Source: Bacilli bacterium | GTDB taxonomy: Bacteria > Bacillota_I > Bacilli_A > RFN20 > CAG-826 | Reading direction: 5' to 3' | NCBI GenBank assembly: GCA_022653695.1 | Contig: JALCSW010000001.1 | Coordinates: 53,979-117,978 of the forward strand | Length of the DNA stretch: 64,000 nucleotides | Shown: in pieces, positions 52,141 to 62,638 of the stretch | Layout: each line of letters starts with the position of its first letter | How positions within the stretch are numbered: position 1 is the stretch's first letter | The notes under the pieces: model-generated | What the model was told of the DNA's origin: nothing | The model's input: only the letters and a program-made list of their open reading frames with translations | The model's database searches: none | Program-made: the position numbers and the translations under genes

Positions 52141-55100
52141 ATGGTGAAATACGGATATAAAAACGATTCCTTTATCATTAAGGATTATCAGAAGGCGAAG
52201 ACTTTCGCTTCTTTTCTCCCGGCCGTCGCCGGGGTCGACGGAAAGCCTTTGTGGGCTTTCTACGCGAACGTCGGGCAAGCCATGGGTGGGTTCGGAGTGA
52301 CTTCGAAAGACACTCCGATAACCCCCTTTGACAGCGCCAACCTCGCCTATCAGAACATCCCAATCCGTTCCTTCCGAACGTTTTTGAAGGTCAACGGCAA
52401 AACATACGCGCCTTTCTTCCCGGGCAACGGGGGAAAAGACGACATGGCGATCCGCCGCAGCGACTTCTCAATCAGCGAGAAAGGCCCCGGCTACGCCATG
52501 AAAATCACTTATTTCACCGTCCCCCACCAAAACTATGCGGCGTTGATCCGCAAGGTAACCTACAAGAACCTCGGCAAGAGTGCGGCGAAATTCGTCGCCC
52601 TCGACGGCGTTCCCGTCTTTTTCCCGCATGGGCTCAGCAACGTCTGCTATAAGGAACTCGTTTCCCTCATGGCGGCCTATTGTCAGGTTTATGGCCTCAA
52701 GGACAGGCGGCCGTTCATAAAATTCAAGACCTCGACCGGGGACAACTCGGTCGTCAAGGAAGCGGTGTCCGGCAACGGTTTCTTCGCCAAAGACGAAGAG
52801 GGTCGCCTCTTGCCCGATATCGTCGATCCTTCATCCGTCTTTGGGGACGACCTCTCGCTTCTTTCGGCCGCCCCGTTTGTCGAGAAAAGCCCAAAGGCCT
52901 TTTTATCGGGCGATCAGCAAACCGAAAACAAACTCCCTTGCGCTTTCTCGCTTTTCGAGAGAAAACTGCTTCCCGACGAAGAAGCCTCGGTCTATGAAGT
53001 CTATGGCATGTTCGACAGCGTCGAAGCTTTTCACGCGGCTGAGAAAGGCCTGAGGGTCGCTCACATCGAGGAACTCCAAAAGGAAAACGCCAAATTGATC
53101 GAAGAGTTGCTCGCCCCGGCGAGCTGCCACACGGCGAACCCCCTTTTCGACGATTACCTCAAGCAAAGTTATCTCGATAACGATTTGCGTGGGGGTTTCC
53201 CCGTCCTGCTCGACGACAAGAAAGACGGGCAGGTCTACTACGTCTATGGCCGCAAGCACGGCGACATGGAGCGTGACTACAACGCTTTTAACATCCCCTC
53301 CCGCTACTATAGTTCGGGCCCGGGCAATTTCCGCGACGTCAACCAAAACCGCCGCACCGACCTTTTCTTCCATCCTTTCGTGGGCGATTACAACATTCGC
53401 CTCTTCTTTAACCTCATCCAAGCCGATGGACAGAACCCCCTCAACGTCAAGCCGGAGGTTTTTTGCCTTAACAAAGGGGCGGATCTTTCCTTTCTAGGCA
53501 AGGAGACGAAAGACGAACGACTGCTAAAAATCGCCGCCAAATATGAGCCAAGCGACCTTTACGCCTACCTCAAGGACACGATGGGACTCACCAACGAAAA
53601 GGCCAACGAAATCCTCGCCGACTTCCTTAGCGTCTCCCACCAAGAAATAGAAGCCAACTTCGCGGAAGGGTATTGGGTCGACCATTGGACGTACAACGTC
53701 GACCTGCTCGAGAATTACAGCGCCATTTTCCCCGATAAGGAGGAATCGCTCCTCTTCGCGCCCGGCTATCGCTACTTCTATAGCCCCGTCTACGTCGAAC
53801 CGCGCAGCGAGAAAACGTGCCTGCTCAGCGACGGAAGGATCCGCCAATACGGCGCCATCGACCTTAAAAAACTCAAGGACGTCTGCGAGAAAAAGCATTT
53901 CGACATCAAGAAAACGGCATGGCTCGCCGACAAAAACGGGAAAGAGATAAACGTCGATCTGGCCTCGAAGATCATCAATCTCGCCCTCGTCAAATTCAGC
54001 GCCCTCGACACCCAGCAGATGGGCATCGAGATGGAATGCGAGAAACCAGGCTGGAACGACGCGATGAACGGCTTGCCTGGGCTCTTTTCAAGCGGCCTTT
54101 CGGAATCCGTCGAACTTCTGCGCCTCGTCCGTTACGCCCGGAAGCATCTGTCCCCATTCGGGAAACGCGATCTTTCCTTCCTTGAGGAACAATACGCCCT
54201 TTACGAGGTCATCAAGGAAAAGCTACCCTCGCTCATGAAAGGCGAACTCGCCCCCTTTTCCTATTGGGACGCGGTCACATCGGCGCGCGAAAAGATGCGC
54301 CTCGCCCTCAAGGACCGAGCCGAAGGAAACGTCATCAAGGTCTCCGTCTCTGAAATCCTTCCCCTTCTGGATAGCATGGACGAAACCCTTGAGAAAGGGA
54401 TCCAAAAGGCCAAAGCGATCGGAAACGGCATTCTCCCCAGTTACCTCATTTACGACGTCGCGTCCTACGAGAAAACCGACCATGTCAACCACCTTGGCTT
54501 CCTAACCGTCAAGGCGACCTCTTTCTCTTTACGGACGATCCCGCCCTTCCTCGAGGCTAGCGCGCGCGCCCTTAAACTCGGCCCGAAAACCATTACTCAT
54601 GAGGATTGCCTTCGCATCAAGCAAAGCGACCTCTACGACAAGACGTTCCGTTTCTACAAGACCTGCTCCTCTCTCGATAAGGCCCCCTTTGAAATCGGCC
54701 GCGTCCACGCTTTCACGAAAGGCTGGCTGGAGCGGGAATGCAACTTCCTCCATATGTCCTATAAATATATGCTTGGCCTATTGACCGCCGGCTATTACGA
54801 GGATTTCTATAAGGAAATCAAAACCAATTTCGTGGTTTTCATGGACCCGAAGGTTTACGGGCGCAGCCCCATCGAGGCTTCCAGTTTCGTCGTTCCCAGT
54901 TGCAACCCCGACGCGAGCAAACGCGGCGAGGGTTTCTTCGCCCGCCTCACGGGGGCCAACGCCGAGTTCCTCAACATGTACATGCTGATGTTCGCGGGAC
55001 CCACCATTTTCGAAATGGATCATGGGAAACTCGTTTTCTCCCTTTCGCCGAAGCTTTCCAAGGATTTCTTCGACCAAAAGGACGAGGTTTCCTTCCTTCT

Positions 55101-55272
55101 TTTCGGAAAGACGAAAGTCACCTACCATAACCCCAGGCGGATCGATTGCTATAAGGGAGCCAAACTGAGATACGCGATCGGCGGGGAGGTCTACGAGAAA
55201 GTCGAAGGCCCGCTCGCGGAAAACGTCCGCGAAGGCGGAGTCAAAAACATCTACGTGGAGATCAGCCGATGA
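52141..55272 (+). CDS. large cytoplasmic GH94-clan glycoside phosphorylase-like protein (candidate beta-1,3-glucan/oligosaccharide phosphorylase, GH149/GH161-like size)
   Basis: 1043 aa, no signal peptide. Segments resembling GH94-clan catalytic motifs (GNFRDVNQN similar to GFRDxLQD; EKPGWNDAMNGL similar to GDWNDxxN with the general-acid Asp). Sits in a beta-glucan locus. Confidence 0.5.
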   Translation: MVKYGYKNDSFIIKDYQKAKTFASFLPAVAGVDGKPLWAFYANVGQAMGGFGVTSKDTPITPFDSANLAYQNIPIRSFRTFLKVNGKTYAPFFPGNGGKDDMAIRRSDFSISEKGPGYAMKITYFTVPHQNYAALIRKVTYKNLGKSAAKFVALDGVPVFFPHGLSNVCYKELVSLMAAYCQVYGLKDRRPFIKFKTSTGDNSVVKEAVSGNGFFAKDEEGRLLPDIVDPSSVFGDDLSLLSAAPFVEKSPKAFLSGDQQTENKLPCAFSLFERKLLPDEEASVYEVYGMFDSVEAFHAAEKGLRVAHIEELQKENAKLIEELLAPASCHTANPLFDDYLKQSYLDNDLRGGFPVLLDDKKDGQVYYVYGRKHGDMERDYNAFNIPSRYYSSGPGNFRDVNQNRRTDLFFHPFVGDYNIRLFFNLIQADGQNPLNVKPEVFCLNKGADLSFLGKETKDERLLKIAAKYEPSDLYAYLKDTMGLTNEKANEILADFLSVSHQEIEANFAEGYWVDHWTYNVDLLENYSAIFPDKEESLLFAPGYRYFYSPVYVEPRSEKTCLLSDGRIRQYGAIDLKKLKDVCEKKHFDIKKTAWLADKNGKEINVDLASKIINLALVKFSALDTQQMGIEMECEKPGWNDAMNGLPGLFSSGLSESVELLRLVRYARKHLSPFGKRDLSFLEEQYALYEVIKEKLPSLMKGELAPFSYWDAVTSAREKMRLALKDRAEGNVIKVSVSEILPLLDSMDETLEKGIQKAKAIGNGILPSYLIYDVASYEKTDHVNHLGFLTVKATSFSLRTIPPFLEASARALKLGPKTITHEDCLRIKQSDLYDKTFRFYKTCSSLDKAPFEIGRVHAFTKGWLERECNFLHMSYKYMLGLLTAGYYEDFYKEIKTNFVVFMDPKVYGRSPIEASSFVVPSCNPDASKRGEGFFARLTGANAEFLNMYMLMFAGPTIFEMDHGKLVFSLSPKLSKDFFDQKDEVSFLLFGKTKVTYHNPRRIDCYKGAKLRYAIGGEVYEKVEGPLAENVREGGVKNIYVEISR

Positions 55273-56348
55273 AAAAAGGGAAAACGGTTCTCGCTTTAAC
55301 GGCCGTGCTGACCCTTTCCGCCTGCTCGTTTGAGTTCGATTTTTTCGCGAACTCGTCGAGTTCAGCCGGCTCGCTAAGCGCTTCCGCCTCCGAAAGCGGC
55401 TCTTCTTCCGGCGACCATCCCCTTCCTTCCTCCTCCAGCGAAACGAACTCAAGCGAGGGGGACTCGTCTTCCTCTGCCCCCTCGAGCTCTTCCAGCGGCC
55501 TGCCTTTTGGGCCAGGCGGCTCTTCAAGCTCCGACGATTCTTCCTCTTCCTCCGATTCCTCGAGTTCATCGAGTTCCGCTTCGTCGGGCGACCCATACGT
55601 GCCATCGGGTTACGATTTGGCGTGGAGCGACGAATTCGACGGAGACGCCGTCGACGAAAGCAAGTGGGCTTTTCAAACGGGAGACGGCAGCGATTACGGC
55701 ATTTGGGCCTGGGGCAACAACGAAAAGGAATACTACCAAAAGGATAACGCCACGGTCAGCGACGGATGCCTATCCATCACCGCCAAAAAAGAGAACGTCG
55801 CAAACTATCCCTATACCTCCGCCCGGATGCGGACGTATGGCAAAAAGTCTTGGACGTATGGCTTTTTCACGGCTCGGATGTCTTTGCCGGGCATCGTGGG
55901 AAGCTGGCCCGCCTTTTGGATGCTCCCCGTTTCCTCTTGGAACGGCAAGGGTTGGCCGTGGAGCGGGGAAATCGACATCATGGAGAACGTGGGCGGGTCC
56001 AATGGGACCGTCTTCACGACCGTCCATACGGGTCTCGACAACAGTTCGGGCAGCAATGCCAATTCCCATCGTTCGCCGGTTGGCGATGCCACCGCTTTCC
56101 ACGAGTATAGCGTCCTTTGGGACGAAAGCGGCCTCCGTTTCTATACCGACGGGGCCCCGACTTTCTTCGTAAGTGCCTCTTCCTACGCCACCTATAGCGG
56201 CTATAGTTCGGGCGATCCCTTCGACGTTCCGTTCTATCTCATCCTCAATCTCGCGATAGGCGGGAATTTCGTGAACAACGCCACCCCGAACGACGCCGAG
56301 ATGCCTTGCGCGATGAAAGTCGATTATGTGAGGGTTTACCAACAATGA
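55269..56348 (+). CDS. GH16-family beta-glucanase lipoprotein
   Basis: 359 aa. Lipobox LSACS, ~90-aa Ser-rich linker. GH16 motif [11 protein letters not shown]. Confidence 0.8.
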   Translation: MKKGKTVLALTAVLTLSACSFEFDFFANSSSSAGSLSASASESGSSSGDHPLPSSSSETNSSEGDSSSSAPSSSSSGLPFGPGGSSSSDDSSSSSDSSSSSSSASSGDPYVPSGYDLAWSDEFDGDAVDESKWAFQTGDGSDYGIWAWGNNEKEYYQKDNATVSDGCLSITAKKENVANYPYTSARMRTYGKKSWTYGFFTARMSLPGIVGSWPAFWMLPVSSWNGKGWPWSGEIDIMENVGGSNGTVFTTVHTGLDNSSGSNANSHRSPVGDATAFHEYSVLWDESGLRFYTDGAPTFFVSASSYATYSGYSSGDPFDVPFYLILNLAIGGNFVNNATPNDAEMPCAMKVDYVRVYQQ

Positions 56349-57274
56349 AAAAGAAAACAGTTTTGATCGTCGCCTGCCTCCTCTCCGTTTCCGCCATTGC
56401 CGGGTGCGCGGGTTTCTCGAGCGCCCCCCTCGACTCGTCGCTCCCTTCCTCCTATTCTTCCTCTTCCGCCCCGGCTTCCTCCGGCGAAGGCGGGATGAGT
56501 TTGGTTTGGTCCGACGAATTCGACGGCACCGCCCTCAACGAGGACTATTGGAGCTATATGATCGGCAATGGCAGCGATTATGGGGTTTACGAATGGGGGA
56601 ACAACGAAGCCGAGAATTACCAACGGGATAACGTCGAGGTCTCCGACGGTTTTCTCCACATCACCGCCAAAGCGGAGAAAACGAAAATCGGCTCGAAGGA
56701 GTATTCCTACACTTCCGGGCGGATTCGCACCGCCGGCAAAGTCAGTTGCGTTTATGGCCGCGTCGAGGCTCGGATCGCCCTTCCTTTCGTCGATGGGATG
56801 TGGCCCGCTTTCTGGATGCTTCCCGAAAAGGCCTATAATGGTTTGGGTTGGCCCACCTCAGGGGAAATCGACATCATGGAAAACAAAGGCAGCACCGACG
56901 CCTACGCCTCGAGCGCCGTCCACTACGCCAACCTCAACGGCGACCACGCTTACGTGACCGACGGGAAAACCTTCAGCAAACGCAACGGCGAGAGCACGAC
57001 CGATTTCCATGTCTATTCGTGCGATTGGGACGAGGACGGATTCGTCTTCTCGTGCGACGGGGAAAGCTACTTCAGCGTTGAGAAGAGGGTCTACCATCCC
57101 GGCAACAGCCGCATCTACCCCGACGACGACAACGCCCCCTTCAACGCCCCGTTTCATATCCTCCTCAATTTGGCCGTGGGCGGAAATTTCGACAACGGGG
57201 CTTTGCCTCCCAGCGGTTTCGATAGTTGTGAGATGAAGGTCGATTACGTGAGGATCTACGGTTTCGAGGGATAG
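56345..57274 (+). CDS. GH16-family beta-glucanase lipoprotein (paralogue)
   Basis: About 309 aa from MKKKTVLIV (ATGA overlap with previous gene). Lipobox IAGCAG. GH16 motif [11 protein letters not shown]. Roughly 45% identical to the preceding GH16 by eye. Confidence 0.8.
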   Translation: MKKKTVLIVACLLSVSAIAGCAGFSSAPLDSSLPSSYSSSSAPASSGEGGMSLVWSDEFDGTALNEDYWSYMIGNGSDYGVYEWGNNEAENYQRDNVEVSDGFLHITAKAEKTKIGSKEYSYTSGRIRTAGKVSCVYGRVEARIALPFVDGMWPAFWMLPEKAYNGLGWPTSGEIDIMENKGSTDAYASSAVHYANLNGDHAYVTDGKTFSKRNGESTTDFHVYSCDWDEDGFVFSCDGESYFSVEKRVYHPGNSRIYPDDDNAPFNAPFHILLNLAVGGNFDNGALPPSGFDSCEMKVDYVRIYGFEG

Positions 57275-57276
57275 CC

Positions 57277-59028
57277 ATGTTCACCAAAAAGAAAGTTCTC
57301 GCCCCCACCAAAAAGGAAATAGAGGGGCTTTATGCCCTCGAGGATGAGGTAAGCGACCAAAACGAAGCCCGCAAGCGAAAGCTCCGCCGCGAAAAGGAGG
57401 CGCTCCGGCACAGCAAGTTCCTTTCGCGCTCCCACGGGCAAGAGGAAATCCAAAAAGAGGACGAGCGCGTCAAGGCTTTCGAGCGGAAAGAGGAAGCGAT
57501 GCGCCTCGCCTACGAAAAAGAACGGCTCGAGGCTCATGAGGTCCGGCGCGCCGAGGAAGCGGCGAAAAGGAAAAACGAGGAAAGCCTCAAGGCTTCCCTC
57601 AGCCCCGAGCTATACGCTAGGCGCCACGAAGAAGCGGCCCGCGAAGCCCGCCACGCCTTCAAAAGGGCGCAGGAACGGTTGCTTTTGAGGAAAGAGGACG
57701 CCGACATCGCCGACCGCAATCTCGTTTACCGCGACGTGAACGATTACGAAACCGTCCACCGGAAGGAGGCGAAAAAAGCCCCCAAAGGCGTTTTCCTCAG
57801 TTGCCAGCGGGTCAGCAAAATCTATTCGAATCGCGTTGAAGCGGTCCATGATTTCTCCCTTGACGTCAATAAGGGCGACTTCATCGTTCTGGTCGGCCCC
57901 TCGGGATGCGGCAAATCGACGACGCTCCGCATGATTGCCGGGCTTGAGGATATCACGACGGGCGACCTTTATATCGATGGCCGATACGCCAACAAACTCG
58001 AGCCAAAGGAACGCGGGGTCGCGATGGTCTTCCAAAACTACGCCCTCTATCCCCATATGTCGGTCTTCGAAAATATGGCCTTCGGCTTATCGGGCTTGCC
58101 GAAAGAGGAGATCAAAGCCCGTATCAAGGCGGCCGCCGACATGCTTCAGATCGCCGAATTCCTCGACCGTAAGCCTACGGCCCTCTCCGGCGGCCAGTGC
58201 CAGCGCGTGGCCCTCGGGCGCGCCGTGGTAAGGAAGAGCCCGATTTTTCTGCTCGACGAGCCTCTCAGCAACCTCGACGCCAAACTCCGCGTCCAGATGC
58301 GAAGCGAGCTCATCAAACTCCATGAAAGCCTTGGCAACACGATGATTTACGTCACCCACGACCAGACCGAGGCCATGACCATGGCGACCCGCATCGTCGT
58401 CATGAAACGCGGCCTCATCCAGCAGGTCGGCACCCCTTCGGAGGTCTATCGGAAACCCGCCAACGTTTTCGTGGCCACCTTCATCGGCAGCCCAACCATG
58501 AACGTCATCGAAGCCGTCTACAAGAAAGGGCGCGTCCGTTTTTCCGACGGCCAGTCGATCGCCCTTCCCAAGAGCGAGGTCAAATCCCATGACGACTTCT
58601 ACGCGGCGCGCAAGGCGCTTCTTGAGAAAGAAATCGGGGATTTGCGGGATGAGGAGAGGAAACGCGCGGAAGCTAAGGCCTCCAAAGTCCGCTTCCTGCC
58701 GCTCGACTTCCGGAAGGAAATCTCTTCGCGCGAAGAGGAACTCGATTCCATCGCCGACATCATCAAAACGGGCGAGCATCAGATTTTCTTCGGGATCCGC
58801 CCCGAAAACATCGAACTGGGAACGAAGGAAAGCGCCCTCAAGAGCGACATCGTTTTCACCGAACTATTGGGCGCCGACTACCATCTGCACCTTGCCTTCA
58901 ACGGCGGCGAGATCATCGCCAAAGTCCCAGCGGGGGATAAGCCCATCGAAAAAGGCCCGATCCGGATTTCCTTCAAACCCGGACGGAGCCATCTCTTCGA
59001 CTTCGAAAGCGAACTCCGCATCATCTAA
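57277..59028 (+). CDS. msmK: sugar ABC transporter ATP-binding protein (MsmK/MalK-like) with ~170-aa charged N-terminal extension
   Basis: 583 aa. Walker [10 protein letters not shown] only at ~aa 205. Q-loop, signature [14 protein letters not shown], Walker B FLLDEP, H-loop, then MalK-type C-terminal TOBE domain with a KE-rich insertion. Confidence 0.75.
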   Translation: MFTKKKVLAPTKKEIEGLYALEDEVSDQNEARKRKLRREKEALRHSKFLSRSHGQEEIQKEDERVKAFERKEEAMRLAYEKERLEAHEVRRAEEAAKRKNEESLKASLSPELYARRHEEAAREARHAFKRAQERLLLRKEDADIADRNLVYRDVNDYETVHRKEAKKAPKGVFLSCQRVSKIYSNRVEAVHDFSLDVNKGDFIVLVGPSGCGKSTTLRMIAGLEDITTGDLYIDGRYANKLEPKERGVAMVFQNYALYPHMSVFENMAFGLSGLPKEEIKARIKAAADMLQIAEFLDRKPTALSGGQCQRVALGRAVVRKSPIFLLDEPLSNLDAKLRVQMRSELIKLHESLGNTMIYVTHDQTEAMTMATRIVVMKRGLIQQVGTPSEVYRKPANVFVATFIGSPTMNVIEAVYKKGRVRFSDGQSIALPKSEVKSHDDFYAARKALLEKEIGDLRDEERKRAEAKASKVRFLPLDFRKEISSREEELDSIADIIKTGEHQIFFGIRPENIELGTKESALKSDIVFTELLGADYHLHLAFNGGEIIAKVPAGDKPIEKGPIRISFKPGRSHLFDFESELRII

Positions 59029-59083
59029 AGGAAACGGCCGTCTGATCCGCTCTTTCTTGTCGTCCCCTCGCGAAACCACGTTT

Positions 59084-59401
59084 CTAGATCACTTCCGCGG
59101 CCATCGCGCAAAACGACATCTCACCCATTTTTTCTTTTAGCGTCAAAACGACTTTCCTTGAGGAAAAATACGTGACTATCCAACCGATGAAAAAAGGGAA
59201 AATCAGTTTCTCCGACAAGACGATGGCAAGGATTTTGAGGATGGGGTTCCAATCGCGGAGCGGCGATTTGCCCCTTTTTATCCTCCCGACCACGATTCCG
59301 CCGACGCGTTTCCCCTCATAGTAGTAATTGGCGTAGAATTTGCTTCGGCTCAGCGGGATCAGCAGGGATTTCGCTTCCGCGGGCCGCGCGCCTTGTCGCA
59401 T
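59084..59401 (-). CDS. hypothetical small membrane protein (uncertain)
   Basis: 105-aa ORF with one hydrophobic segment. Start may be internal. No support beyond ORF length. Confidence 0.2.
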   Translation of the reverse strand: MRQGARPAEAKSLLIPLSRSKFYANYYYEGKRVGGIVVGRIKRGKSPLRDWNPILKILAIVLSEKLIFPFFIGWIVTYFSSRKVVLTLKEKMGEMSFCAMAAEVI

Positions 59402-59470
59402 CTATACGGCTTTCCTAAACTCCGGATGTGGGAGGATGGGGGCTAGCTAACGCCGCATTGGCACGAACGG

Positions 59471-59950
59471 CTAATCCCAATAGACTTCCTTCACCTCGTC
59501 AAAGAGGGCCCTCACTTCCGGGGTGGGCTCCTCATAGGCCCTGATGAAATCCGTTATGACTTCCTCCGGCACCCACTTGTATTCGATCCTTTGTTTGTTC
59601 CTTCGGTAGCAAATCGAGTAGTCGTGAAACCTGATCATATAAAGGACCGCACGGTCGTAGCCAACGAGGCGCTCCATATAGTATTTCCGACGGTAGTTAT
59701 CCGTGAAAGTGCTGTCCTCGATGAGGGTGCACTCGCCCTTTTGGGAGGCTAGGAAGGCATTGCCTTCCCGGATCATCTCGTCATAGAGGACGCGACGGTC
59801 CTCGGGGAAGAGCCGGTAACTGCCCATAACCTTTTTGCGGACCTCGTCGGTGTCCACGACGAAGGTGTTCGGGTGCGTCTTGGCATAGGCTTTCGCGAAG
59901 GTGCTTTTGCCGCTTCCGGGGACCCCGGCGAGCATGATGAGGGTCTTCAT
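59471..59950 (-). CDS. P-loop NTPase/kinase (AAA_33-like), translationally coupled to phn transporter operon
   Basis: About 159 aa from MKTLIML. Walker A AGVPGSGKST. Zeta-toxin/polynucleotide-kinase-like small kinase fold. ATGA overlap with upstream permease. Confidence 0.5.
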   Translation of the reverse strand: MKTLIMLAGVPGSGKSTFAKAYAKTHPNTFVVDTDEVRKKVMGSYRLFPEDRRVLYDEMIREGNAFLASQKGECTLIEDSTFTDNYRRKYYMERLVGYDRAVLYMIRFHDYSICYRRNKQRIEYKWVPEEVITDFIRAYEEPTPEVRALFDEVKEVYWD

Positions 59951-60867
59951 ACGAGTTTCTTCCTCACCCAACTGCTGAAGAGATCGATCCCGACGACGAG
60001 GATCACGACCCCGAGGATGCAGGAACCCATCATGTGGTAATGGTCGCGCAGGGCCGAGAGGGAGTAGCCGATCCCGCCTTCGCTAAGGAGGATGACGCCG
60101 AGGATCGTCGCGGTCCGGACGTTGATGTCGAAACGGTAGAGGGCGACGGATAGGAGATTCGGCCGCACCTGCGGCATGACCCCGAGATGCACCCGCTGAA
60201 AGGCGTTCCCGCCGCAGGCGCTGATGCTCTCGAGGGGTTCCATGACGATTCCGTCGATCTGGTCGCCATAGAGCTTTCCGATCATCCCGATCGAATGGAT
60301 GCCGAGGGCCAAAATTCCCGAGACGGCGCTTAGCCCGGTGAACTTCACGAGGATGATCGCGAAGATGAGTTCCGGGAAAGTGCGGATGGAAATGAGGAGG
60401 ATCTCGGAAATCCAAGCCCATTTGCCGCACAGTTTGCGGGAGGCGAGCAAGCCAAACGGCAAAGCCAGGAGCGAGGCGATGAGGGTTCCGATGAAGGCCA
60501 TCGAGAACGTGACGAAAATCTGGTAGATGACCCCTTCCGAGAAAGTGTATGACCCGATCCCGAAGAAGTAATCCCAGTCGAGCGTGAAGAGCATCTCGAT
60601 GTTGCTCCAAGCCGCTCTGGGATTCGAGATATTGACCAGTTGCTTCCACATGCTGAGGTCGTCGTTCATGTAGATGAGGGCGCACACGAGGGCCGCGACG
60701 AATAGAAGCGTGATGACCCAATGGTATGGCTGATGCCGATAGGCGTCCTCGGGACTCGAGAAATGCTTGAAGTGCTTGGCGGATATTTCCTCCATGAGCA
60801 TCATGATGAGAAAGGCGAGGATAAGGGCGAGCGAAGAAAGGCTCCAGCCGCTAGTGAAAATGCTCAT
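59947..60867 (-). CDS. phnE: phosphonate-type ABC transporter permease (PhnE family)
   Basis: 306 aa, 6 TM, PhnE-type EAA region. Confidence 0.75.
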   Translation of the reverse strand: MSIFTSGWSLSSLALILAFLIMMLMEEISAKHFKHFSSPEDAYRHQPYHWVITLLFVAALVCALIYMNDDLSMWKQLVNISNPRAAWSNIEMLFTLDWDYFFGIGSYTFSEGVIYQIFVTFSMAFIGTLIASLLALPFGLLASRKLCGKWAWISEILLISIRTFPELIFAIILVKFTGLSAVSGILALGIHSIGMIGKLYGDQIDGIVMEPLESISACGGNAFQRVHLGVMPQVRPNLLSVALYRFDINVRTATILGVILLSEGGIGYSLSALRDHYHMMGSCILGVVILVVGIDLFSSWVRKKLV

Positions 60868-61817
60868 CTCATTTTCCTCGCGACGAAATTGGTCACGATC
60901 TGAAGGAACATGACCTCGATAAAGAGAGGAAGGAGCAGGGCCCCGACCTTATCGTACTGGCCTTGGCCGATGCACTCCTTCATCGTGTAGCCATAGCCTC
61001 CGGCCCCGACGTAGCCGAGGATGACGCTCGCGCGGATGTTAATCTCGAAGGTATAGAGGAAGTTGGCGAAGAACATGGGTTTGATCTCCGGATGAAGGCC
61101 CAAATGCACGGCCTGCAGCGTCGTCCCCCCGCATGAGCGGGCGCTTTCGAAAGGCGACATCTCCAAGGTCTCGATGTATTCGTACATGAGTTGGTACATG
61201 ATGCCGATCGTGAAGATGGTCATCGCCGCCACGCCCGAGACGGCGCTATAGCCCCAGAAGTTCTCGAAAAACATGGCGAGAAGCATCGTCGGGATGGTCC
61301 GCAGAAGGTCATTGACGACCCGAACCGGGGTCCTTAGGCAAGCCTTGGACGTGATGTTGCGGGAGCTGAGGTAATAGACGGGGATCGAGAGGATGGCCCC
61401 GATGAGGCTCGAGATGAAGCACATCTCGGTCGTCTGCCAGATGGTATGGAGGGCGTCGTTCCCGACGTAGTGCCACCACCCCGACCAGTCGTTCGTGCTG
61501 TAGGCCATCGGGGTGAACATCGCGACGAAGATGGCCCCGAGCTGATCCCACTTGAAACCTTTGAAGGTCTTGAAATTGATGGCGAGGAAACAGAGCCCGA
61601 ACACAAGGAGGAGACCGCAGACGGAAACGATGGCCGCATAGGGCTTCTTTTTCCGAATCGTCCGCACCTGGCTCCCGTCCCGCTCAGGGGACAAATCCAC
61701 CCTCACATCATAAAAAAGATGGGCGTCCTGCCATGCCTTCCTCTTCGCGGCCTTCGCTTCCTTCCGCTTTTCTTTCGCGATCGATCTCTCGATGGCCGTT
61801 TCCTTACGATCGATCAC
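60864..61817 (-). CDS. phnE: phosphonate-type ABC transporter permease (PhnE family), second copy
   Basis: 317 aa, paralogous to the downstream permease. KR-rich N-terminus. Confidence 0.75.
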   Translation of the reverse strand: MIDRKETAIERSIAKEKRKEAKAAKRKAWQDAHLFYDVRVDLSPERDGSQVRTIRKKKPYAAIVSVCGLLLVFGLCFLAINFKTFKGFKWDQLGAIFVAMFTPMAYSTNDWSGWWHYVGNDALHTIWQTTEMCFISSLIGAILSIPVYYLSSRNITSKACLRTPVRVVNDLLRTIPTMLLAMFFENFWGYSAVSGVAAMTIFTIGIMYQLMYEYIETLEMSPFESARSCGGTTLQAVHLGLHPEIKPMFFANFLYTFEINIRASVILGYVGAGGYGYTMKECIGQGQYDKVGALLLPLFIEVMFLQIVTNFVARKMR

Positions 61818-62592
61818 TTTTCTTGCCCTCTTCGATGCCGAGATTGTCGTTTTTGGTGAGCGAGCGGCCGTAGATGAGGATCGTCACTTCGTCCGTGACG
61901 TCCTTGGGCTTGCCGTCGAAGACGACCTTGCCTTCTTTTATGCCGATGATGCGCGAGGAGTATTTCTTGGCCAGGTCCACGTGGTGCATGTTGGCGATGA
62001 TGGTGATGCCCATCCGGTTGATGCGCGCGAAATCGTCCATGACCGAAAGGGTGGTGATGGGGTCAAGCGAGGCGACCGGTTCATCCGCCAGAATCAGTTT
62101 CGGCTTTTGGGTCAAGGCTCTCGCGAGAGCCACCCGTTGCTGCTGGCCGCCGGAAAGCTGGTCGGCGCGGACGAAGGCCTTATCGAGGATCCCGAGTTTG
62201 TCGAGCGAGGATAACGCCAGGATTTTCTCTTCTTTCGAATAAAGGCCGAAAAGAGTCGAGAACGTGTTGTGGTAACCGACGCGGCCCGCCAGAACGTTAT
62301 TAAGAACGCTCGAGCGTTTCACGAGGTTGAAGGATTGGAAGATCATGCCGATGTTCCGCCGCTCAAGGCGCAGGGCTTTCCCCCGCAGCTTCGAGATGTC
62401 GACGCCGTCGAGGAGGATCTTCCCCTTCTCGATGTCGTGCATCCGGTTGAGGCAACGGATAAGCGTGCTCTTCCCCGCCCCGGAAAGACCGATGATCGAG
62501 ACGAACTCGCCGTCTTTGACCGTGAGGTTGATATCGCTAAGGGCTTTATAGCCGTTAGGGTATATTTTGTCGACGTGTTCGAGTTCAATCAT
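61804..62592 (-). CDS. phnC: phosphonate-type ABC transporter ATP-binding protein
   Basis: 262 aa. Walker [10 protein letters not shown], signature [15 protein letters not shown], PhnC-type C-terminus. Confidence 0.85.
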   Translation of the reverse strand: MIELEHVDKIYPNGYKALSDINLTVKDGEFVSIIGLSGAGKSTLIRCLNRMHDIEKGKILLDGVDISKLRGKALRLERRNIGMIFQSFNLVKRSSVLNNVLAGRVGYHNTFSTLFGLYSKEEKILALSSLDKLGILDKAFVRADQLSGGQQQRVALARALTQKPKLILADEPVASLDPITTLSVMDDFARINRMGITIIANMHHVDLAKKYSSRIIGIKEGKVVFDGKPKDVTDEVTILIYGRSLTKNDNLGIEEGKKSDRS

Positions 62593-62638
62593 GGCTTTCT
62601 CTTTTCGGGGGGTGGAAGATCAATCGTTATCGGCTAAA

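Noticed and set aside
59084-59401. 105-aa ORF between msmK and the phn cluster as a real gene.
   Set aside because: No SD, no motif, the only support is ORF length. Region may simply be a non-coding spacer between convergent operons. Listed with very low confidence only.
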